Source of the DNA: Candidatus Undinarchaeota archaeon
GTDB lineage: Archaea > Undinarchaeota > Undinarchaeia > Undinarchaeales > UBA543
Length of the DNA stretch: 64,000 bases
Direction of reading: 5' to 3'
Assembly: GCA_964636545.1 (NCBI GenBank)
Contig: CAZWSR010000001.1
Coordinates: 102,821 to 166,820 of the forward strand
Shown here: positions 10,111 to 19,989 of the stretch, piece after piece
Layout: every line of letters begins with the position of its first letter
How positions within the stretch are numbered: the stretch's first letter is position 1
Program-made: the position numbers and the translations under genes
The notes under the pieces: generated by a model
The model's database searches: none
What the model was told of the DNA's origin: nothing
Seen by the model: only the letters and a program-made list of their open reading frames with translations

Positions 10111-10826
10111 TATTCCTTAAGAAGTTTTTTCAATTTAGAGCTTTTCTTTAGCAACCTGAGTTTTCGTTTAGTATATTTTCCTCTTCTTGCAACTATTTTT
10201 ACAAAATATTGTTTTCCAGCATCTAAAGTAAATGGAGATACTGGATAGAGAAAAGGATCTTCTCCCGTTTCTATTAGAACTTCGATTTGTCTCGCATTTA
10301 GAACACGACCTTTCACAAGAGCTTCTTGTTGTCCCAAATCAACAATATCAACCACAACCTCAAATCCCTTGTCCTCTAAAATTTTTTTGATTATTTTGAC
10401 ATTTTTTGGATCATCAATTTTTCTCCATCGACCATGATGGAAAGTTCCACTAGTTGCTTCATCAGGCCATAATCTTATGTAAACACTTGAGTCATCCTCT
10501 AATTCATCAAGAGCTTCTGAAAAATATTTTTGAAAATAAAGATCATCACTTAAATCATCTTTCTTAGCTATGTGCTCCAGAGCGAAATTGAAGAAGAGAA
10601 TATCTGGCTTGCCTTTTGGAACTTTGAAAGTTTCAATTGTTTTGTTAAAAATAACTATTTGGTTTTGGAGATTCGCCTTTTTCAAGTTATTTTTGGCAAG
10701 CAGCCTATTCTCTAGATTAGGGTCAATGGCATAAATTTTAGCTTTGGGACACCACTTTGCAATTGCTAATACCATTTCACCAGCACCACAACCATAATCA
10801 ACAATTACTTGCTTTCCGTTATGCAT
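10107..10826 (-). CDS. Class I SAM-dependent methyltransferase-like protein
   Basis: VIVDYGCGAG motif I, IYAIDP, FALEH. Confidence 0.8.
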   Translation of the reverse strand: MHNGKQVIVDYGCGAGEMVLAIAKWCPKAKIYAIDPNLENRLLAKNNLKKANLQNQIVIFNKTIETFKVPKGKPDILFFNFALEHIAKKDDLSDDLYFQKYFSEALDELEDDSSVYIRLWPDEATSGTFHHGRWRKIDDPKNVKIIKKILEDKGFEVVVDIVDLGQQEALVKGRVLNARQIEVLIETGEDPFLYPVSPFTLDAGKQYFVKIVARRGKYTKRKLRLLKKSSKLKKLLKEY

Positions 10827-10952
10827 ATTGATTATTAGATAAAACAGATATTTATAATGTGTGTTCGTTTCGTGACACTAACCTTAAATACGATTACAAA
10901 CTTTTAGATTGCACTATGAATAACAACTCTACGCGGAGGCATCTTTTCCTAC

Positions 10953-11189
10953 ATGAAGAAGGTGGTAGCCTGTGGCCTCGGTATCAAAGTAGAAGTGGTA
11001 GCGGAACCAGTCGGAAGCCTTTGCAGTAGAGAGGAATCTAGTTCTAATAAAATTGGAAGACCATCAAAACTAGATCAAAGAGATCGTGATGAAATTCTTA
11101 GAATAAAACCATTTTACTCAATTCGACAATTAGCCCGAATTTTCGAGGTTTCTCGGAGCAGTATAATGAGGGTGTTGAAAAATGGGTGA
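10953..11189 (+). CDS. Small Hin/resolvase-type HTH protein
   Basis: GRPSKL...YSIRQLARIFEVSRSSIMRVL. Confidence 0.7.
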   Translation: MKKVVACGLGIKVEVVAEPVGSLCSREESSSNKIGRPSKLDQRDRDEILRIKPFYSIRQLARIFEVSRSSIMRVLKNG

Positions 11190-11322
11190 AGATTGGTCGT
11201 GCTGGGAAATTGACGGGAACAAATTCGCTTTCAGAGTTGGAATAGGATTCTTAGTTTTCCTTTTTGTATTATGCTATGCAGTTTACTGGGTAGGTCGAGA
11301 TATTGTAAATGCTATACTTTGA
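11182..11322 (+). CDS. 46-aa single-TM protein, absent from the ORF track
   Basis: Hand translation MGEDWSCWEIDGNKFAFRVGIGFLVFLFVLCYAVYWVGRDIVNAIL; start overlaps the upstream stop. Confidence 0.5.
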   Translation: MGEDWSCWEIDGNKFAFRVGIGFLVFLFVLCYAVYWVGRDIVNAIL

Positions 11323-11407
11323 AGTAGTTAGTGAGATTTCTTGAAACAAAAGTTTAAAACGAAGTTGAATACTATTGAGAGTTATAATGGTATATAGGAA
11401 ATGAAAA

Positions 11408-12199
11408 ATGAGTAAGGATGAAACATGGGAAAAGATAAATATTCCAAAAAAAACACTTTGGAGAATATATTTGAAAGAGGTAAAACCGTACAACAAGCAG
11501 GTAATTGCTAGTAGATATGTAAAAAAAGATCTTTTTAAGATAGTGGAGGAATTGAGAACAGAGCAGGTACTTATAGAAAATCTTGAAAAAGTTATTAAAA
11601 AAAAGATTACAGAAGGATCTCTTGTTGTTGATGCATTGGAGACGAAAATAATTACTAAAGGAATTATCACAGTTATGTATTGCCTACTTATCCAAGAAAA
11701 TCGCGCGCAAAAACAGACACCAGTTGTTGCAATAGATGACGCAGAATATAAGGGAACTGAGGTGATTACTATAATTAAATTTAAAATTAACACAAGAAGA
11801 CGATATATAGGTAAAATAAAAAATATGGAGACAAAGAAAAACCAGTTTGAAAATCTGAAAAAGAAGCACAACATCAACCAAATAATATGTAAAAGAATTG
11901 AGAGTAAATGGTGGAGGGAGAAAAAGTTTCAAATAATGGAAAGTATGTTAAAAGATATAAATTTTTCAGATGTGAAACATATTTTCTGTTGTAATCTGAA
12001 TCTACAGAGGGATGATCTGCTGGTGGAATTTTTATAAAAATATATAGAAAAAAACAAAATTTATATTGGATATACTCATGGGAAAAATAGGGAAAAAGGA
12101 AAAACTGAATTAGAACGACAAGTAAACAAGTGGGTAGATGTGGCAGGAAATATAGGAAGAGCAATCTTAATAGAAAAACCAGAATTAATTTTGGAATGA
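11408..12199 (+). pseudogene. Orphan gene probably interrupted by an in-frame TAA at 12035-12037
   Basis: 209-aa ORF; the same frame stays open for 53 more codons to TGA at 12197-12199. Confidence 0.5.
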
Positions 12200-12255
12200 T
12201 CTCACCCCGGGCTTCACGATAATTATATAAGTTCAGATTCTAAGAGGTGTTTGTT

Positions 12256-14175
12256 ATGAAAGAGCTGATTCAGCATGTTGACTATGTGCAATGGCAAGCA
12301 AAGAAAAAGACCAAACTAGCTGGGGAACTGAAGGATGATCAGAAAAAAGGTCGGATGGAAGAGTGTTTGTTTGCTCGTTTTGCAACTGAAGTTGAGGATG
12401 AAGGTCATGAAAAGGAAGTTGCAAAGAAAGCAGTTGCTGATTTAATTAAGATTTCTGACCAGCTTAAGACAAAAAATGTTGTATTTTATCCATATGTTCA
12501 CTTGCTTTATGGTTCAAAGCCGTCAAAACCAAGAACTGCACTTGAAATTCAGAATTTAGTGAAAGAAGGACTTGAGAAAAAGGGTTTGAAAGTTAAGCTA
12601 AGTCCGTTTGGATGGTATAAAGAATTTGAAATGAAGTGTAAAGGCCATCCATTAAGTGAGTGGTCTAGGATTATTCGCGCTGGAGAAGGTGAGGGCGGAG
12701 AAGGAGAGCAGGAAGTTTCAGATGCAGTTAAAAAAGAAGAGACTTTGAAATCAAAATTCTATATTCTTGAACCAACTGGAAAGAAGCACGAGATTAAAAT
12801 TGATAATGGAAAGATTAAGGGATATGATTTTGGAAAATATCCAAAACTTGAGAAACTGTGTTTGTATGAATTAGCAAAGAACAGAACTGTTGACAAAGCA
12901 CCACCACATATTGAATTAATGAAGAAACTGGAAATTGCTGATTATGAACCAGGCAGTGATCCAGGAAACTTGAGATTTTATCCAAATGGACGATTGATTA
13001 AGGGCTTGCTTGAAGATTATACCACCAGAGAAGTTATTGATTATGGTGGTATGGAAGTTGAAGCACCAATAATGTATGATTATGAGCATCCGGTTTTGAA
13101 AAAATACTTGAATCGTTTCCCAGCAAGGCAATATATTGTCAAAACCCCGAATAAAGAATGTTTCTTGAGGTTTTCAGCTTGCTTTGGACAATTTTTAATG
13201 GCACATGATGCAACTATTTCGTATAAGAACATGCCAATGCGAATTTACGAGATGACTAAGTACAGTTTCAGGACTGAAAAGCGCGGGGAATTGGCAGGTT
13301 TAAGGCGATTACGAGCATTTACCATGCCAGATGTTCATGCACTGTGCACTGATGTTAAGAGTGCGAGTGAGGAGCTTTTAGTTAGGTTTAATCTTGCTGA
13401 AAGGGTACTGAAAGGCTATGGTTTTGATAAGAAAACTGATTTGGAATTTGCAATGCGTTGGGTTAAGGACTTTGAAGATGAACATCCTGAAGTAATTAAA
13501 GATCTTGCAAAGAAATGGGGAAGGCCAATGCTTGTTGAAGTTTGGGACAAACGCTTTTTCTATTTTGTTTTGAAATATGAAATTAATTTTGTTGATGCTT
13601 TAGATAAGGCAGCAACTTTGACAACTGATCAGATTGATGTCGAGAATGGAGAAACTTATGATTTGAATTATATTGGCGAAGATGGAAAAGAGCACAGGCC
13701 AGTTATTTTGCACATGTCACCAGGTGGAGCTATTGAGCGAGCGATTTATGCTTTACTTGAAAAAGCGTACATGGATCAGCAGAAAGGAAAGAAAGTTATT
13801 TTGCCACTTTGGTTGTCTCCAACACAGGTTCGTATTTGCGCTGTTTCAGATTCTCATGTTAAGGCATGTTTGAAAATTGCTGATGAACTGGATAAAGCAA
13901 CTATTCGTGTTGATGTTGATGACAGAGGAGAAAGTGTTGGCAAGAAGATTTCTGGAAGTGAGAAAGAGTGGGTGCCTTATACTTTAGTTATTGGAGACAA
14001 GGAACTGAAAGCAAAGAAGATTCCTGTTAGAGTTCGGGAAGAAGGAAAAGTTGTTGACATGAGTTTGGATGAGCTTGTTAAAGTGATTCAGAAAGAAACT
14101 GAGGGAATGCCATTTAAGAAATTGAGTTTGCCAAGAGAATTGTCAAAAAGACCTAAGTTTACTGGTGGGAATTAA
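12256..14175 (+). CDS. thrS: Threonine-tRNA ligase, archaeal type with N-terminal editing domain
   Basis: YPYVHL, PFGWYK, CKGHPLSE, LRFSACFGQF, LRRLRAFTMPD, LPLWLSPTQV; GAGGTG SD upstream. Confidence 0.97.
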   Translation: MKELIQHVDYVQWQAKKKTKLAGELKDDQKKGRMEECLFARFATEVEDEGHEKEVAKKAVADLIKISDQLKTKNVVFYPYVHLLYGSKPSKPRTALEIQNLVKEGLEKKGLKVKLSPFGWYKEFEMKCKGHPLSEWSRIIRAGEGEGGEGEQEVSDAVKKEETLKSKFYILEPTGKKHEIKIDNGKIKGYDFGKYPKLEKLCLYELAKNRTVDKAPPHIELMKKLEIADYEPGSDPGNLRFYPNGRLIKGLLEDYTTREVIDYGGMEVEAPIMYDYEHPVLKKYLNRFPARQYIVKTPNKECFLRFSACFGQFLMAHDATISYKNMPMRIYEMTKYSFRTEKRGELAGLRRLRAFTMPDVHALCTDVKSASEELLVRFNLAERVLKGYGFDKKTDLEFAMRWVKDFEDEHPEVIKDLAKKWGRPMLVEVWDKRFFYFVLKYEINFVDALDKAATLTTDQIDVENGETYDLNYIGEDGKEHRPVILHMSPGGAIERAIYALLEKAYMDQQKGKKVILPLWLSPTQVRICAVSDSHVKACLKIADELDKATIRVDVDDRGESVGKKISGSEKEWVPYTLVIGDKELKAKKIPVRVREEGKVVDMSLDELVKVIQKETEGMPFKKLSLPRELSKRPKFTGGN

Positions 14176-16226
14176 AAGTTATTTTTCTTTTTAACATATA
14201 ATAAAGCAATTACTCCACCAACCATTATAAAACCAATAACAGCAGAGAATGTTCCACCGCGGCTCCCAGTAACCAATCCAGACATTCCTGAAAGCTCACC
14301 AATATTCACTTCAGGGTCAGCTTCTTTTAAAATATCTTCAATTGGCTCAATATTCAGCTGAGGAATTGTTCCAGGTGAAGTTTCGCTGAGTAATTGGATT
14401 TTTGAAAGTAATGCTTGCCTTGTTTCTTCAACATCTGCACTGATTTCATCTTTCCGGTTGTTTACTTTGAGAATTTCTGTTTTTTCATTGTCATTTGGAT
14501 CAGTTGCTCTGACAATTATTTCCTGTTCTCCTGTTTTTAGTGGAATTATTGTCAGAAATCCGCCATTTTTATCAATTAAAACATCCTCGTCAACTCCAGA
14601 AATGTGCATTGTTGCATCAGGATCTGTTATTCCAGCAACAACCATCATGTCTTGTGAAACTTTTGATTCAAAACCAGGTTGGACAATCTCTAATTTCAAT
14701 TCTAAATCTCTTGCAGTGTCGCTAACTGAACGCTGATTAGTGTCCTCGTTTCCTGCTGTATCTTCTGCTCTAACAATGTAATAATAATCTTGTCTGTGTA
14801 TTAATTCAGTGTCTGTAAAGCTGTTCAGTGTAGTGATTTTGTGAGGAACTGAAAAGTCGAATGTGCTAATTGTTGAACGGTAAATATTGTATTGCTTGAA
14901 ATCTGAATCTTCAGAAGCTGGCCAAGTTAAAGTGATGCTTGAGTCAGGATTTGCAACTGCAGATAAGTCAGAAACGGCTTGAGGAGCTGAGGAATCTGGT
15001 GCGAGTTTAACTATATTTGAAATTTCAGCTTCGTTTCCTGCTTCATCAACTGCAGCAATTGCGTAATATGTTTCACTTTGTGGAAAATGTGTGTAAGTTG
15101 TGATTTCGCCTGTGATAATAATTGGATCTGTGTCTAAGTTTCGGGTTGACGAAGCATAAACATGATAATAATCAGCACCAGCAACTTCAGTCCATTCTAA
15201 AACAATTTTTCCACCTTTTTGACTGGAGGCAGTTAATTCAGTTTCTAATGGTGGATCTTCATCTGAAACTGCACTTAGAATTTGAGAAGGATCTCCGATA
15301 TTTCCTGAAGTATCAACAGCAGCGATTGCATAGAAATATTCTCTACCATCTTTTGCTTTTTCATCAGTGTAAGTTAGCTCACGAGTTGCTTCATCTGGGT
15401 CATCAAGGTCAATTTCATCAGAAAGTGATTTTAATTTGTAAATATTGTATTCCTGCACTTCAACATTGTCTTCAGAAGCTTGCCAGCGAAGTTTGATGTC
15501 TCCACCTTGAATTGGAGATACAACCAAACCAGTTACTGAGCTTGGTGCTGTTTCATCTTTTAAATCAATACACCCAATATTTGAGATTGGTGCAATATTT
15601 CCTGCTAAATCAACTGCAGAAATTCCATAACAGTAGGTTTGGCCGTCTCTGGCTGTTGAATCTTCATACTCAGTTTGTTTAGTTGTGAAAATGTCAGCGA
15701 GTTGCTTGTTTTCGTCAGTGAATTCTGAAATACTTCTGTAAATATTGTATTGTAGTAATCCAATTTCTGGAGAAACTTCATCCCACTCAAGATTTACTCT
15801 GTCTTTGAGTTCTGCATCCATTTCAGTTGAATCTGGTTTGATGTAGTAAGCTGAAATATCTGAAGTGCGTTTGTAAATTGGAGTAAATTCAACTTCAATA
15901 CTTGCTGATTCGCCATTTGCCATTTGAACTGAACCATCTTTTACATCTGAACTAATTGTAAAACTGCCTTTGTAGAAACCATTGTTGATATCAGTGAGCT
16001 TGATAGTGGTTTTTTCAATATCGTTTATTGAGATTTTTGCATTTATTTCAGTACAGCAAGTGATGCTGTTGGATGCTAGAATGTAAACTGTTGAGCCATC
16101 AGTGAAATAATCAGATTGGATTGTGTATTCTGAATCGCGGTAGGTTTTAACTTCAGATGATGCAAGCGCAGGGCTGGATAAGATTATTAGAAATAATAGT
16201 GTAAATATTACTGTTCTCCCCCACAT
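14172..16226 (-). CDS. Cell-surface fibronectin type III repeat protein
   Basis: Signal peptide; about four LxW...YNIY...YxIxAVDxxGN repeats; Ig-like domain; C-terminal TM anchor. Confidence 0.88.
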   Translation of the reverse strand: MWGRTVIFTLLFLIILSSPALASSEVKTYRDSEYTIQSDYFTDGSTVYILASNSITCCTEINAKISINDIEKTTIKLTDINNGFYKGSFTISSDVKDGSVQMANGESASIEVEFTPIYKRTSDISAYYIKPDSTEMDAELKDRVNLEWDEVSPEIGLLQYNIYRSISEFTDENKQLADIFTTKQTEYEDSTARDGQTYCYGISAVDLAGNIAPISNIGCIDLKDETAPSSVTGLVVSPIQGGDIKLRWQASEDNVEVQEYNIYKLKSLSDEIDLDDPDEATRELTYTDEKAKDGREYFYAIAAVDTSGNIGDPSQILSAVSDEDPPLETELTASSQKGGKIVLEWTEVAGADYYHVYASSTRNLDTDPIIITGEITTYTHFPQSETYYAIAAVDEAGNEAEISNIVKLAPDSSAPQAVSDLSAVANPDSSITLTWPASEDSDFKQYNIYRSTISTFDFSVPHKITTLNSFTDTELIHRQDYYYIVRAEDTAGNEDTNQRSVSDTARDLELKLEIVQPGFESKVSQDMMVVAGITDPDATMHISGVDEDVLIDKNGGFLTIIPLKTGEQEIIVRATDPNDNEKTEILKVNNRKDEISADVEETRQALLSKIQLLSETSPGTIPQLNIEPIEDILKEADPEVNIGELSGMSGLVTGSRGGTFSAVIGFIMVGGVIALLYVKKKNNF

Positions 16227-16251
16227 AAGAATATTGTAGTAGAGGTGGTTT

Positions 16252-16596
16252 TTATATGTTTATGTGCTTCGGTAGCTTGTGGATGTCATGCTTTCGCAAA
16301 CCACCTGTGAACTTTTTTGGAATATGCATTAATTCGTGAATAAGAATTTCATCTTGTTTTTCTTTTGGAAGAGGGTCAAACCGTTCGCCAATGATTTCAA
16401 TGACATACCGCGGTTCCATGTAGAGTGCTAATTGCCAGATTTTCGGGAAAGACCAAATTCTTGCGAGAACTCGTTCTGCAGCTGAACCAGAACTGCGGAA
16501 ACAGTAAACACGATCAGCATTAACATTATTGAAATCTTTAGCTAGTTCTATTATTCGCAATTTAATATCTGGTGCGCGGTGGTACTTTATGGGCAT
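16252..16596 (-). CDS. Putative zinc metallopeptidase
   Basis: ILIHELMHIP (HExxH), ARIW, HD at the C-terminus. Confidence 0.8.
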   Translation of the reverse strand: MPIKYHRAPDIKLRIIELAKDFNNVNADRVYCFRSSGSAAERVLARIWSFPKIWQLALYMEPRYVIEIIGERFDPLPKEKQDEILIHELMHIPKKFTGGLRKHDIHKLPKHINI

Positions 16597-16634
16597 AGAA
16601 AGAAATAGGTTGAGTGGGTTTAAAGAGTTTTAGT

Positions 16635-17291
16635 CTACATTTCGATTTTATATTTTTTAAAATCCTTAATTGCTTGTTGATCGCGATTTGAGTTCTTGTA
16701 GTCAGTATATTTCAAATCAACAACAACATCAAATCCAAGTTCCCGGAACATTTTTGCATAAGTGCGAACGCAAGCACCGAATTCGACACCCGTTATAAAG
16801 ATAGCATGGTCATCTTTGTGTAGAGAATGGTCAATACAAATTTGTGTGACAACAGCTTTTGGCCATGGCCATTTTTTATCTTCTTCCAATTCCTCACCAT
16901 CTTTTTTAACCTCTCCTTTTCTTGGATCAATGTAGAATTTCCGGTAAGTAACATATTTTTCATCAAAATGAACAGGAATAAGAATTGGTTGTTTTTTCCC
17001 TCGTTCAGTAAACTGAGCATAGAAAAGTTTTTCCATGGCTCTGTACATTTTTGGATCAGTAAGCTGAACAGGCCAAGGCCTTGTTTCTTGAACTTCGTCG
17101 AAAAGAATTTTGAGGGGGCCGTGATCAAATTCTGACTTGCTAGAAGTATCTAAAATTATTATAGGTTCTTCTTTGGAATCAATTAATTCCTCCATTTTCT
17201 TTACATGCTTGGAAAAATCCTTTTTAGTCTCAATATTAAATGATCCTGCATTTGGATGCACAAGCACATAGACATTCGTTTTGCGACCCAT
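16635..17291 (-). CDS. Divergent isochorismatase/cysteine-hydrolase-like orphan
   Basis: IFITGVEFGACV...RELGFDVVVD resembles the C-terminal motif of cysteine hydrolases. Confidence 0.45.
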   Translation of the reverse strand: MGRKTNVYVLVHPNAGSFNIETKKDFSKHVKKMEELIDSKEEPIIILDTSSKSEFDHGPLKILFDEVQETRPWPVQLTDPKMYRAMEKLFYAQFTERGKKQPILIPVHFDEKYVTYRKFYIDPRKGEVKKDGEELEEDKKWPWPKAVVTQICIDHSLHKDDHAIFITGVEFGACVRTYAKMFRELGFDVVVDLKYTDYKNSNRDQQAIKDFKKYKIEM

Positions 17292-17331
17292 AACATTTTT
17301 AATATGGTAGAGGAAGTATATAATTCTTAAC

Positions 17332-18153
17332 ATGAACACAAAAATCCTTTACTGGACCAAGAATCCAGCAGCTCAGAATATTATGAAACAGTTTAATGAG
17401 CTTGGAGTAGATGTAGAAGTTTTTGAAACAGAGAAGGATTTTTTGTATTTGACTGATGAGGATATTAACGGGGCGCAGGGGCGCAGGGGCGCAGGGGCTC
17501 AGACTGATTTATTGATATTTCCAAGCACGCACAAGAGCGCTGCAAATAAAAAGTCATTAACTATTCACGCTACAGGTAATTTTGGGAATGCTGATTATGG
17601 TGGAGAGCCAAAGAAATTGAATCCAACAAGTTCTGAGGCGATTGCAATAGGACTACGCAGTATGGCGAATCAGGCACTAGGTAGTAGGCAGGGGGCAGTA
17701 GGTTTTGAAGTTTGTTTGGAAGTAACACATCATGGACCGACAATTAAAACTCCGTTAGTTTTTATTGAAATTGGTTCAACTGAAGAAGAATGGGGAAATG
17801 TGGAAGCTGGGAAGGTTATTGCAAATGCTATTAAGGATATTATTGAATACCTCAAACCCCCAACCCCAAACCCCAAACCTTTCACAAACTACATCGGCTT
17901 CGGCGGTCCTCACTATGCACCAAGCTTTACAAAAAAAATTATTGAAAATGAGAATATTGCAATTGGCCATATTTTGCCAAAATATCAGCAAGATAATGTT
18001 ACTAAAGATATTATTCAGCAAATGTTAGATGGAAGTAATGCAAAGAAAGCTGTTTTTGATTGGGATGGAATGAATTCTGAGCAGAGGAATAAGGCTGTTG
18101 GGATTTTAGATGAGTTGGGGATTGAGTGGTGTAAGACAAAGGAATTAGTTTAA
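17332..18153 (+). CDS. dtdA: D-aminoacyl-tRNA deacylase (archaeal DTD2 type) with three repeat-derived insertions
   Basis: STHKS, LTIHATGN, EVTHHGPT, FIEIGSTEEEW, GFGGPHY, GHILPKY. Confidence 0.93.
   Translation: MNTKILYWTKNPAAQNIMKQFNELGVDVEVFETEKDFLYLTDEDINGAQGRRGAGAQTDLLIFPSTHKSAANKKSLTIHATGNFGNADYGGEPKKLNPTSSEAIAIGLRSMANQALGSRQGAVGFEVCLEVTHHGPTIKTPLVFIEIGSTEEEWGNVEAGKVIANAIKDIIEYLKPPTPNPKPFTNYIGFGGPHYAPSFTKKIIENENIAIGHILPKYQQDNVTKDIIQQMLDGSNAKKAVFDWDGMNSEQRNKAVGILDELGIEWCKTKELV
17470..17504 (+). repeat. In-frame octamer tract in dtdA
   Basis: GGGGCGCA x3 + GGGGCTCA GAC, encoding GAQGRRGAGAQ. Confidence 0.9.
17672..17703 (+). repeat. In-frame heptamer tract in dtdA
   Basis: AGGCACT AGGTAGT AGGCAGG GGGCAGT AGG. 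Confidence 0.75.
17850..17880 (+). repeat. In-frame heptamer tract in dtdA
   Basis: CCTCAAA CCCCCAA CCCCAAA CCCCAAA, encoding LKPPTPNPKP. Confidence 0.75.
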
Positions 18154-18170
18154 ACTTTCTTAAAAATATC

Positions 18171-18819
18171 CTACTTTTTTTTATCATCCTCTACAATAGA
18201 ATTTAATTTTTTCCAGTGTTCTTTACAATAACCTTCTATGTAATCTTCAGCTATTTTGTTTGGAGATATTTCAGTAAGGTTTGCGATATCTTCAGAGATT
18301 GTCATTGAACAGAATTTTTTTCGACCACTTTTATTATGACAGTGACCTAATCCAAATAAATGTCCTATTTCATGTAGTGATCTTTTTAAGATCATATGTA
18401 GAAGTTGATCTTTAGACACATCTGAATCAAGCTGCCATGTGCTTACGAGACAATCTGGAGCATCTGCAAAACCAAGCCATGGCGAGAGTGGACCATATGC
18501 ATGATACTCTGAAAGAATTTTTAAGTTTGGTTAAAACAAGAAGGTCATAACCTGAATTTTTTTGAATATTTTTCCGAAAAAGAGGAAAATCGCCAGCAAA
18601 TGGCCCATCCCCACGTAATAAATCAAGATGGAGAAAAAAAGAACGATCACCGTTAGTATCTTTAACGAAATAAGAATTATCATTAAAATCAAAAACAGGC
18701 CTTATTTCTATACTTTCGTACTGTTTTACTAAGATATTTGAAAGATGTTCCTTTAAGCCGTCTAAGAGATTGGAAGGAAGATTAGAATGGAACGTTGTGA
18801 GGATCAGTTTTCTTTTCAC
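18171..18819 (-). pseudogene. Archaemetzincin-like Zn protease split by a one-base frameshift
   Basis: HEIGHLFGLGHC...CSM...C in the 3' part; removing one A from the A5 run (18518-18522) joins the two ORFs. Confidence 0.7.
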
Positions 18820-18868
18820 ATGAAAGATATAAGTGAGCTATCTTAAATAAGTTGAGATTTTGAAAGAG

Positions 18869-18941
18869 TAGCCCCGAGCAGATTCGAACTGCTGTCAAGA
18901 GATCCAGAATCTCTCATGCTTGACCACTACACTACGGGGCT
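18869..18941 (-). tRNA. tRNA-Gln(CTG)
   Basis: AGCCCCG...CGGGGCT-A acceptor stem, AGAGA-TT-CTG-GA-TCTCT anticodon arm, GTTCGAATC T-loop; no encoded CCA. Confidence 0.95.
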
Positions 18942-19023
18942 AACAACACTTTTGATAATAGTAACCCTTTATAATTTTTTTTCTATTGAAAAACTATATT
19001 TAGATGGAAAACAAGTATTGTTT

Positions 19024-19947
19024 ATGGAATTTTACTTCCTGACACTAGAGCCAGAAGAATATGATGAACCAGATGAGGAGCTCTACAAAATTCATTATGA
19101 ACTTCTGAAAAAACTAATTGAGAGAATTAAGAAACGACCAGGTGAAGGGCCAATATTCATAACACTTCCAGAATTTGCATATGCTTTTATTGATGATAAA
19201 GATATTGAAAAGGAACAAAAAAAATTAATAAACCTTTTGAAAAAAATAAACAGACCAGTGTTTCTTTCACTAAACGCACTGATTGTTAAGAAGCAAACAA
19301 CACACCCAACAGCACAACAGTTTGAGAATATGCTTGAAAAATCCGGCACTTGGGGTTGGCTTATCACAAATAACAATAAAGGAGAGGTTAATATGAACCA
19401 CAAAACAGGTTTTGGTGATGGGTTGAAAAGAATATATAAATTTTATAAAAAAAGGAACACGGTTGCTGACGGGTATACAAATGACGATTGTTTTACATTC
19501 TGCAGGAAAAAATGGTGGTATAGAATATATATGAGGACGATGCTTGCACTGGAAGAATATAAAATTGGAGTATGTGCATTAACTTGTTCTGACCTAATGA
19601 ATGAGAGTTTTTTGCGGCCGCAGAAAGGTTGGAAGAAAGTGTATCTTGCACCCGCACAACATTTATCAGTTAGACAAATGGACATTGTTAAAAGACAACT
19701 AAAAAAACAGAGAGACGAAAACATACTTGTAGCAATAATGGATCCCTTCAAAACAATAGGTAAAACAATTAAGTTTTTCAAAAGAAAATGTGGAGTTTTC
19801 AGTTACTCAAAAGAGAAAGATAAAATTCTTCAGTACAAAGGAGTAGATATTGGAGAAGTAACTGCGGAGATTAGCAAATGCAAAATTGAAGCAGAAGTTT
19901 ATCACATTGAAATACTTGACCGCAGTGATTTGAAGGAGTTTGTTTAG
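19024..19947 (+). CDS. Divergent carbon-nitrogen hydrolase (nitrilase-fold)-like protein
   Basis: ITLPEFA, HKT and IGVCALTCSD match E-K-C triad contexts; start moved downstream of the tRNA. Confidence 0.55.
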   Translation: MEFYFLTLEPEEYDEPDEELYKIHYELLKKLIERIKKRPGEGPIFITLPEFAYAFIDDKDIEKEQKKLINLLKKINRPVFLSLNALIVKKQTTHPTAQQFENMLEKSGTWGWLITNNNKGEVNMNHKTGFGDGLKRIYKFYKKRNTVADGYTNDDCFTFCRKKWWYRIYMRTMLALEEYKIGVCALTCSDLMNESFLRPQKGWKKVYLAPAQHLSVRQMDIVKRQLKKQRDENILVAIMDPFKTIGKTIKFFKRKCGVFSYSKEKDKILQYKGVDIGEVTAEISKCKIEAEVYHIEILDRSDLKEFV

Positions 19948-19989
19948 ATATAGCAAACTTCATATACACCTTATTTTTACGGAAAGAAC

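Noticed and set aside
18916-19023. N-terminal extension of the 343-aa ORF
   Set aside because: Overlaps tRNA-Gln and its promoter; ATG 19024 is more plausible.
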